Source: a virus. Taken from it: a DNA stretch of 13,254 nucleotides. Location: the UHGV virus genome UHGV-0180761; one strand, written 5' to 3'. The translations under genes and the position numbers were made by a program. Positions 6,975 through 13,254 of this stretch are shown here, piece after piece; the stretch's first letter is position 1, and each line of letters opens with the position of its first letter. Under the pieces are notes generated by a model. The model did not search any database. It saw only the letters and a program-made list of their open reading frames with translations, and had not been told where the DNA came from.

Positions 6975-7799
6975 ATGTCTCAGAACTTAGACGCAACCGC
7001 AATTAATCAAATCCATGCCCTTATTTCTGCTCAGGGTGTTAATGAAATTATCAGTAAGATTGGTGCCGATGCTGTGGCATTGCCTGAGAATTTCCGCATT
7101 CATGACCTGGAAAAATTTAATTTAAATCGCTTCCGTTTCCGTGGTGCGCTTTCCACTGCCAGCATTGATGACTTTACCCGTTATTCTAAAGATCTTGCAG
7201 ATGAAGGCACCCGCTGCTTTATCGATGCTGATAATATGCGTGCCGTCAGTGTGCTTAACCTGGGTACTATTGATGAACCAGGCCACGCAGATAACACCGC
7301 CACTCTCAAACTGAAAAAGACAGCACCGTTCTCTGCTCTGTTGTCTGTTCACGGCGAGCGTAACTCCCAGAAATCACTGGCAGAATGGATTGAAGACTGG
7401 GCCGACAACCTTGTGGGCTTTGATGCTAATGGTGACGCCATTCAGGCAACCAAAGCGGCTGCGGCGATCCGTAAAATCACAATTGAAGCGAACCAGACTG
7501 CTGATTTTGAAGACAATGACTTCAGCGGCAAACGCTCCCTGATGGAGTCTGTCGAAGCGAAGACCAAAGACATTATGCCAGTGGCATTTGAATTTAAATG
7601 CGTTCCGTTTGAAGGTCTGAAAGAACGTTCTTTTAAATTACGCCTCAGCATTATCACTGGCGATCGTCCTGTACTTGTTCTGCGCATTATTCAGCTGGAG
7701 GCGGTGCAGGAAGAAATGGCTAACGAATTTCGCGATCTGCTTGTTGAGAAATTCAAAGACAGCAAAGTAGAAACCTTTATTGGTACTTTCACCGCCTGA
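6975..7799 (+). CDS. YfdQ-like prophage protein (DUF2303-type, 274 aa)
   Basis: Clean ATG with TGAGGA Shine-Dalgarno; length matches CPS-53 YfdQ (274 aa); sits between YfdP-like and YfdR-like genes. Confidence 0.75.
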   Translation: MSQNLDATAINQIHALISAQGVNEIISKIGADAVALPENFRIHDLEKFNLNRFRFRGALSTASIDDFTRYSKDLADEGTRCFIDADNMRAVSVLNLGTIDEPGHADNTATLKLKKTAPFSALLSVHGERNSQKSLAEWIEDWADNLVGFDANGDAIQATKAAAAIRKITIEANQTADFEDNDFSGKRSLMESVEAKTKDIMPVAFEFKCVPFEGLKERSFKLRLSIITGDRPVLVLRIIQLEAVQEEMANEFRDLLVEKFKDSKVETFIGTFTA

Positions 7800-7811
7800 T
7801 TTGATTACTGC

Positions 7812-7833
7812 AAATGCCCCTGCGGGGGCATTT
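7812..7833. other. Perfect stem-loop AAATGCCCC-TGCG-GGGGCATTT between the YfdQ-like and HD-domain genes
   Basis: 9-bp GC-rich stem with 4-nt loop, 12 nt after the YfdQ-like stop; only a short TTT follows, so it is more likely an attenuator or RNA-processing/stability element than a strong terminator. Confidence 0.35.
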
Positions 7834-7927
7834 ATGGAAACGTAATTAACTCAATAATCGCCGGATGGTGAGGGCTTCCTTTTACCAGAATTCAGTGCGG
7901 TGCAGCGCAAATAACGTGGAGAACAAA

Positions 7928-8476
7928 ATGTCATTTATTAAAACTTTTTCTGGGAAGCATTTTTATTATGACAGGATAAATAAAGACGATATCGTTATTA
8001 ACGATATCGCGTTTTCCCTTTCAAATATCTGTCGCTTTGCAGGACATCTTTCACACTTCTACAGCGTCGCCCAACATGCGGTTCTTTGCAGCCAACTGGT
8101 ACCGCAGGAATTTGCTTTTGAAGCGTTAATGCATGATGCAACAGAAGTGTATTGCCAGGACATCCCCGCTCCACTGAAACGCCTTCTTCCTGACTATAAA
8201 CAGATGGAAGAAAAAATAGACGCCGTAATCCGTGAGAAATACGGGTTACCCCCGGTTATGAGTACGCCCGTGAAATATGCCGATCTCATCATGCTGGCAA
8301 CCGAACGCCGCGATCTCGGGCTTGATGATGGCTCTTTCTGGCCTGTACTGGAAGGCATCCCGGCAACAGAGATGTTCAACGTGATTCCACTGGCACCGGG
8401 CCATGCCTACGGGATGTTTATGGAACGCTTTAAAGAGCTGCATAAGATGCATAAACAATCCAGACAGCGAAATTAA
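7928..8476 (+). CDS. HD-domain phosphohydrolase, YfdR-like 5-prime-deoxynucleotidase family (182 aa)
   Basis: HD-domain signature residues (RFAGHLSHFYSVAQHA ... LMHDATEVY ... D); start set at ATG 7928 with GGAG Shine-Dalgarno instead of the upstream ATG at 7865. Confidence 0.8.
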   Translation: MSFIKTFSGKHFYYDRINKDDIVINDIAFSLSNICRFAGHLSHFYSVAQHAVLCSQLVPQEFAFEALMHDATEVYCQDIPAPLKRLLPDYKQMEEKIDAVIREKYGLPPVMSTPVKYADLIMLATERRDLGLDDGSFWPVLEGIPATEMFNVIPLAPGHAYGMFMERFKELHKMHKQSRQRN

Positions 8477-8519
8477 CTAGTGAAATAGTTTTGTAGCAAA
8501 AGAAATGAGGTTATCAAAA

Positions 8520-8765
8520 ATGCTTCAAATGCTGACACTTGAGGAATGGGCTGCGGAAAAATACAGAAGTAATCCTCCAAGCGTGTCCACATTGCGTCGT
8601 TATGCTAAGCAGAATTTATTTTGTCCACCGGCAATGAAACAAGGTCGACTATGGCGAGTGCGTGAGGACGCAGAGTTAGTTGGGGAATTAGTTACTCCTG
8701 TCATCAAGAAAAATGATTCTATTATTCTACAAAGGATTTTAAGTAATGGCAGCCAGACCACGTAA
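8520..8765 (+). CDS. xis: Excisionase (81 aa)
   Basis: Small basic protein directly upstream of and overlapping the integrase start by 20 nt; start set at ATG 8520 (GAGG 9 nt upstream), giving 81 aa, the length of K-12 XisE. Confidence 0.7.
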   Translation: MLQMLTLEEWAAEKYRSNPPSVSTLRRYAKQNLFCPPAMKQGRLWRVREDAELVGELVTPVIKKNDSIILQRILSNGSQTT

Positions 8766-9873
8766 AAATAATGTTTCAGTCCCGAACTTGTATCCGCTTT
8801 ATAGTAGAAAAGTAAATAAAGTCTATTGGCGATATAAACATCCAGTGACCGGGAAGTTTCATTCTTTAGGCACAAACGAAGCTGAAGCCATTGCTATTGC
8901 CACTGAGGCAAATTCACGCCTGGCTGAGCAAAGAACCCGGCAGATTCTGGCTATCAGTGACAGGATCGCAACCAGCAAAGGAAAAGCAATCACAACGTCA
9001 ACCTGGTTAGATCGCTATCAAGCAATCCAGGAAGACAGACTGAAAAGTGGCGATATAAAGCTCAACACCTATAAACAGAAAGCCAAACCAGTATCCTTGC
9101 TCAGGGAACGAGCAGGACTGAAGTTGATATCAGCCGTTGATGTCAGAGATATAGCACAATTACTTGATGAGTATATCTCTGCTGGACAGCCTAGAATGGC
9201 CCAGGTCGTAAGGTCTGTATTGATCGATGTGTTTAAGGAAGCACAGCATTACGGCGAAGTTCCACCAGGGTATAACCCTGCTCTTGCAACGAAGCAACCC
9301 AGAAGGAAAATTAGCCGTCAACGCCTCAGCCTAGAAGAATGGAAAAAAATATTCGATATCGCAGACGCCGCTCATCGTTATATGGGAAATGCCATGCTCC
9401 TAGCTTTGGTCACTGGGCAGCGTTTAGGAGATATATCCAAAATGAAATTTAGTGATATTTGGGAGGATCATCTTCACGTCATTCAGGAAAAGACCGGGAG
9501 CAAAATCGCTATCCCTCTTTCTTTACGTTTGAATGCTATCAACTGGTGTTTACGTGATGTAGTAGCTCGCTGCCGTGACTACGCAGTCAGCCCATACTTA
9601 GTGCATTTTTTCCGTACTACATCACAGGCTGAACGTGGCGCACAGGTAAAAGCTAATACACTAACGATGAACTTTAGCAAGGCACGTGATCTGGCAGAAA
9701 TTGATTGGGGTACTGGAACTCCAGCAACTTTTCATGAACAAAGATCTTTATCTGAGCGTCTTTACAAGGAACAAGGGATTGATACCAGAAAGTTACTGGG
9801 CCATAAAACCCAGCAGCAAACCGATCGTTACCATGATGACCGAGGGAAAGGTTGGAGCAAAGTAGCATTGTAA
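8746..9873 (+). CDS. intE: Tyrosine integrase, phage integrase family (375 aa)
   Basis: C-terminal catalytic region with conserved Arg/His/Tyr context (LLGHKTQQQTDRYHDD), N-terminal arm-binding region; 375 aa equals K-12 IntE; preceded by xis. Confidence 0.9.
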   Translation: MAARPRKNNVSVPNLYPLYSRKVNKVYWRYKHPVTGKFHSLGTNEAEAIAIATEANSRLAEQRTRQILAISDRIATSKGKAITTSTWLDRYQAIQEDRLKSGDIKLNTYKQKAKPVSLLRERAGLKLISAVDVRDIAQLLDEYISAGQPRMAQVVRSVLIDVFKEAQHYGEVPPGYNPALATKQPRRKISRQRLSLEEWKKIFDIADAAHRYMGNAMLLALVTGQRLGDISKMKFSDIWEDHLHVIQEKTGSKIAIPLSLRLNAINWCLRDVVARCRDYAVSPYLVHFFRTTSQAERGAQVKANTLTMNFSKARDLAEIDWGTGTPATFHEQRSLSERLYKEQGIDTRKLLGHKTQQQTDRYHDDRGKGWSKVAL

Positions 9874-10078
9874 AAATTTAAGCGTTTCAACGCCATCTTG
9901 ATTTTCTTAACATTATGGAAAAGAACCAAACAGTCCGCTTTGAGCCAGGAACAGAGTTTTCTAATATGGTGAACTGCAATGCCTGAACATATATTAGACC
10001 AATCTTTTGAAATTTTGCTAAAGAATCATCAAATAATGTCGATAATAATGATATACCATATGAAAGGGAATATAATTT

Positions 10079-10576
10079 ATGCCACATTTAGACGAAATTC
10101 GCAGAAAGCTAAGGAAACAATGTCCTACATCCGCAGGCGAGGATGGTGAAGAGTATGCTCTTAAATGGTTAGAAAACTCCCAATGGGAGTTTGTATATGT
10201 CGAACAAGGAAAAACAGACCTATCTAAAAGTTTAAAAATATATGGGGGAAAACGCCCCGATTTTATTATTAAAGTTGATAGTAACACCTTTATTCTTCTG
10301 GATGCAAAGTATCATTCAACAGAGAACTGCACCTCCTTTACACTCACAGAGTGTGAAATAGGTAAGTATCGCGCACTCAAGCAATTTTTAATTAATAAAA
10401 ATAGCGAACTTACGTTCGAAGTGATTTTCATGGTATTTCCAAAAGAAAAAGATGGCAAGAAATTTGTATTTGTTAGTTTGGATGAGTTTGATAAAGGAGA
10501 ATGTGTAACTCTAGCATCAAAAAATGCAACAAAGATTAGTCTACTCAATAGAGATAATTTATGGCTTGACCATTAA
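10079..10576 (+). CDS. Hypothetical protein (165 aa) with a PD-(D/E)xK nuclease-fold signature
   Basis: Motif P60-D61 (GGKRPDFII) followed 14 residues later by hydrophobic-hydrophobic-D-A-K (FILLDAKY), with upstream Glu candidates; AAGGGA Shine-Dalgarno upstream of ATG; located in the AT-rich cargo after int. Confidence 0.6.
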   Translation: MPHLDEIRRKLRKQCPTSAGEDGEEYALKWLENSQWEFVYVEQGKTDLSKSLKIYGGKRPDFIIKVDSNTFILLDAKYHSTENCTSFTLTECEIGKYRALKQFLINKNSELTFEVIFMVFPKEKDGKKFVFVSLDEFDKGECVTLASKNATKISLLNRDNLWLDH

Positions 10577-10865
10577 TGTTAAAAGCGACTTGTTTCTGCA
10601 CTTTTTAAGATTGCTATTTTAATTATGCCGACTATAGATGAAATCTGTGAGTCGTAGTGTGTTTAATAAATATATTCCAACGAAACCTCAGATTATATCA
10701 GATTGCCAGCAAGACTACTGTTAGGAATGTTAGCGTCACAAAATTGACTTTCAAAATGGGTTGAATGTCCGCAGTGAACGAAAAACTGACTTGGCACAGT
10801 CACAGCTAGAAAATTAGTAAGACATCCAATGACTTTTCCCCGATATTGGCTGAATGTCTTTATTA

Positions 10866-11705
10866 CTATCTAAATCTAACCTCACAAAACCAGTTATTTT
10901 CCGAGAGACAACTATAGAGTGCGGATTGCCAAGAATTTAAGCTTACCGATTTTTTTCCAGCTGCGGTTTCAGTCAAGTATTTTTTTAACTCGATACTCCC
11001 CCCCCCATCGTAAATTCTCTTTGCGATATATTCAATGCTCGCTAGTTCTTCAGCTGCATGTGATGCATAAAGAGCAGACAACTTAAATGCCTTAAAGTGA
11101 TACTTCATACGTTTAGCTAAAAGTGGGGGGCAATCTTCAGGTGGCTCTACATAAAACTCTATCGCTACAGGAATAGATTCCCGTATTTTTGCCTTAACCC
11201 AAACAAATGCTTCTACATCATCGTAATATGGGTGCAAAGTTTCTTCTTCTGAGCAAATTGGGATATCTTCGCTCTTTGTTTTATTACAATCCTGACAGGC
11301 TGGTATAAGATTAAAAGGCGATACAGCCAATGATGGAAAATGTGCTTTAGGTAAGTGATGATCTAATGTCGATACTACTCTTTGAGAACATAGTGGGCAT
11401 CTTCCATGATCTGGAAGTGACATTAACTTGTCATAATAGATACGCCCTGGGGCTAATTTCTTAGCCATTCTGCTTGTATAGACAACCTTCATTTCGTCAA
11501 CTGTAACAACAGTGGCAACATTGTCTTTAGGCAAAATTGTATGTAATTGTGCAATTGATACTTTTGCATCAAATTCTATTGAGGAATCTTCTATTTCTTG
11601 AGAACATGCTATAAGCCTCCTCTTTAAATCTTCATCGCGAACTCGATCAATGCATGCATTAAATACATCCAACGCACTATCATTCGGTTTTAAGAGTTTT
11701 TTCAT
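10866..11705 (-). CDS. HNH endonuclease-domain protein (279 aa), second gene of an ATPase-nuclease operon
   Basis: Zinc-finger HNH signature CPLC(103-106) ... DHHLPK(115-120) ... N132 ... CQDCN(137-141); the ATG overlaps the stop of the upstream ATPase gene (ATGA), so the two are translationally coupled. Confidence 0.8.
   Translation of the reverse strand: MKKLLKPNDSALDVFNACIDRVRDEDLKRRLIACSQEIEDSSIEFDAKVSIAQLHTILPKDNVATVVTVDEMKVVYTSRMAKKLAPGRIYYDKLMSLPDHGRCPLCSQRVVSTLDHHLPKAHFPSLAVSPFNLIPACQDCNKTKSEDIPICSEEETLHPYYDDVEAFVWVKAKIRESIPVAIEFYVEPPEDCPPLLAKRMKYHFKAFKLSALYASHAAEELASIEYIAKRIYDGGGSIELKKYLTETAAGKKSVSLNSWQSALYSCLSENNWFCEVRFR
10998..11006. repeat. Homopolymeric C9 tract (G9 on the coding strand) inside the HNH gene
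   Basis: Directly visible: ctccccccccccatc at 10996-11009; encodes Gly234-Gly236 of the HNH protein. Confidence 0.9.
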
Positions 11706-13249
11706 GATTGGTTTCTCTTAATTAAAAACAAAGCCCGCAAAATACCTCTAGCTTCAATTCCAAGTTGCCCATTGAAATTTTGCACAGCTGAATCGTAATC
11801 TTCGAATTTATTTACAGCATCGTCAAGAAGATTATGGAATCCAGAGTCGGTATTTTCCAATCCAAATACCTCCCTCGTTAGTATACCCACATTTTCACCG
11901 AAAGATTCTGTTTCTAGCCTTTCTACTTTAGACAAGTAGCCACTACGCCACAACTTCCACGTACAGCTTCGAGGAACTTCCTGGAGAACTACAGGAGAGT
12001 GGGTAGCTATTATAGATACTGCATTCCTATTAATTAATAAATCAGAAAGAGACCTTACAAAAGCTGATAATAATGGTGGATGGAGATGAGCTTCTGGTTC
12101 ATCTAAAAAAACCAAGCTTCTTTCTTCCATTGTCTCGACAAGTCTAGTGATAGTTAGCAATACAATTTTGTGCCCGGAACTTAAATTTTTGAATACTCTT
12201 CCTGCAATATCTTTAAACTCATCTTCATCTTGTCTATTCAATATTGATGCTACATTAATGTCAGCAAATACTGGATCTGACTCCAGCTTATCCACAGCCC
12301 TTTTCCAACGTTCAATTTTCCCTCCTGCCTTACAAGAAAGCATACTTTTCACGAATTCATTTTTCAATATAACAGGGCTTTTGGGCGGGAGACTTTTCTC
12401 ATCACCTTTTTTTACTCTTTTTAGTCCCACATATGAAAACTGTATACCTGTAGATTTATCTTTTTTTTCTGATAAAGGTTCTGTTTCATCAAAAGCGCTA
12501 AAAGTGACTGATACTACGTTAGAGAAAAGCTCACCAGCTAGTTGATCTTTAGATGAAAATTCACCGACTTTTGTTGGCGTTGTATTTTCGTCAATTAATG
12601 AACTAATCATATTATTCATTAAATGCGTTTTCCCAACACCATTCCGACCAATTAGCACATGAATATTTGTTGGGGGATTGCTCTCTGGTATCACTTCAAA
12701 ACTTAACTTAATACGGTCAGAGTCAGTGCCTTTCATCACTGGTGAGTTATATGAAAATGAATATTTTGAAAGTCGAGCACCTCCGTTCGCAAGTCGACGA
12801 AACTGTCCCTTAATAGATGTATGGCTGACGGATCTCAGAAGAGATATGCTAGTGACCCTCTCATTTATTGCTTTATTATATATATCTTCACTCAGAGCAA
12901 TATCATTAAGCGATGATAATATTTCATTTCGGATATCTTCTCCTAGTTCATTCAACACTTCGTAAAAACTATCATCTTGACCAACGGAGAAAAAACTCTC
13001 ATCTAGTTTTTCGAAAGCTTCAGGGATACTTGGTCTACTTTGACCTTTCGCCATATTCAATTGGCCAATTTTAGTAGAACCAATAATATTCTTATCCTTA
13101 TTTGAATCTATATAAACCAATGTATACATTGTAGAAAATTCAAACCAGTCATCCCAATTATCAGTAATTAAATAGGCACAGTTAGATTGTTCAACAGAGC
13201 ACATACTTCCCGCAGGCAGCACCTTAAATCTCATCTTTATCCCACTCAT
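11702..13249 (-). CDS. ABC-type (AAA_15/AAA_21-like) ATPase, 515 aa, with an unrecognised 200-aa N-terminal domain; first gene of the ATPase-HNH operon
   Basis: Walker A GRNGVGKT (aa 201-208, nt 12626-12649), signature-like LSSGHK (356-361), Walker B LVFLDEPE (379-386), H-loop ATHSP (415-419). In-frame TAA sits immediately upstream of the first ATG, 5 nt from the window edge, so the promoter is outside the window. Confidence 0.8.
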   Translation of the reverse strand: MSGIKMRFKVLPAGSMCSVEQSNCAYLITDNWDDWFEFSTMYTLVYIDSNKDKNIIGSTKIGQLNMAKGQSRPSIPEAFEKLDESFFSVGQDDSFYEVLNELGEDIRNEILSSLNDIALSEDIYNKAINERVTSISLLRSVSHTSIKGQFRRLANGGARLSKYSFSYNSPVMKGTDSDRIKLSFEVIPESNPPTNIHVLIGRNGVGKTHLMNNMISSLIDENTTPTKVGEFSSKDQLAGELFSNVVSVTFSAFDETEPLSEKKDKSTGIQFSYVGLKRVKKGDEKSLPPKSPVILKNEFVKSMLSCKAGGKIERWKRAVDKLESDPVFADINVASILNRQDEDEFKDIAGRVFKNLSSGHKIVLLTITRLVETMEERSLVFLDEPEAHLHPPLLSAFVRSLSDLLINRNAVSIIATHSPVVLQEVPRSCTWKLWRSGYLSKVERLETESFGENVGILTREVFGLENTDSGFHNLLDDAVNKFEDYDSAVQNFNGQLGIEARGILRALFLIKRNQS

Positions 13250-13254
13250 TTATA

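Larger units (their letters stand above)
1..13254. mobile_element. e14-like defective lambdoid prophage (partial; pin end through integrase, plus int-adjacent cargo that runs off the window)
   Basis: Co-linear set of pin invertase, cro/cI immunity switch, xis and tyrosine integrase; product lengths match remembered K-12 e14 proteins (PinE 184, YmfQ 194, YmfM 112, CroE 66, CohE 224, XisE 81, IntE 375 aa). No att core was identified in the window. Confidence 0.75.

Noticed and set aside
12147-12965. 132-aa and 95-aa plus-strand ORFs inside the ATPase gene
   Set aside because: Antisense to a CDS with a full ABC-ATPase motif set; Ser/Leu/Phe-rich translations typical of AT-rich antisense frames.
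1-13254. tRNA genes, a prophage attachment core, a reverse transcriptase (retron) or transposase
   Set aside because: No T-loop-like GGTTCGA-type motifs with an appropriately spaced acceptor stem were seen; no RT or DDE motifs in any ORF; the attachment site is expected beyond the cargo island, outside the window.

Overview
This window reads as an e14-like defective lambdoid prophage of Enterobacteriaceae, from the Pin invertase end to the integrase end, followed by an AT-rich cargo island that extends past the window edge. From left to right: a serine DNA invertase (pin, minus strand) with no invertible tail-fibre segment next to it; a degenerate structural/replication block on the minus strand (YmfQ-like, a 118-aa ORF, a 490-aa chimeric YmfN-like ORF with an internal 15-bp tandem repeat, YmfM-like, YmfL-like); a divergent cro / cI-type (CohE-like, S24 peptidase) immunity switch with palindromic operators sharing a TGTACC core; a terminator and a PL-like promoter downstream of the repressor; a small plus-strand ORF convergent with an AT-rich 144-aa moron; a GC-rich roughly 400-bp non-coding stretch; a plus-strand block of YfdP/YfdQ/YfdR-like genes (YfdR-like being an HD-domain hydrolase) and then xis and a tyrosine integrase. 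Beyond the integrase the composition turns clearly AT-rich and carries a 165-aa ORF with a PD-(D/E)xK nuclease signature, convergent with a translationally coupled two-gene operon: a 515-aa ABC-type ATPase (Walker A, signature-like motif, Walker B, H-loop) and a 279-aa HNH nuclease. This pair is the best candidate for an anti-phage defence system: its architecture is Septu-like, but the ATPase has an unrecognised 200-aa N-terminal domain. All assignments come from reading motifs, gene order and lengths against remembered E. coli K-12 e14 and CPS-53 proteins; no database search was run.
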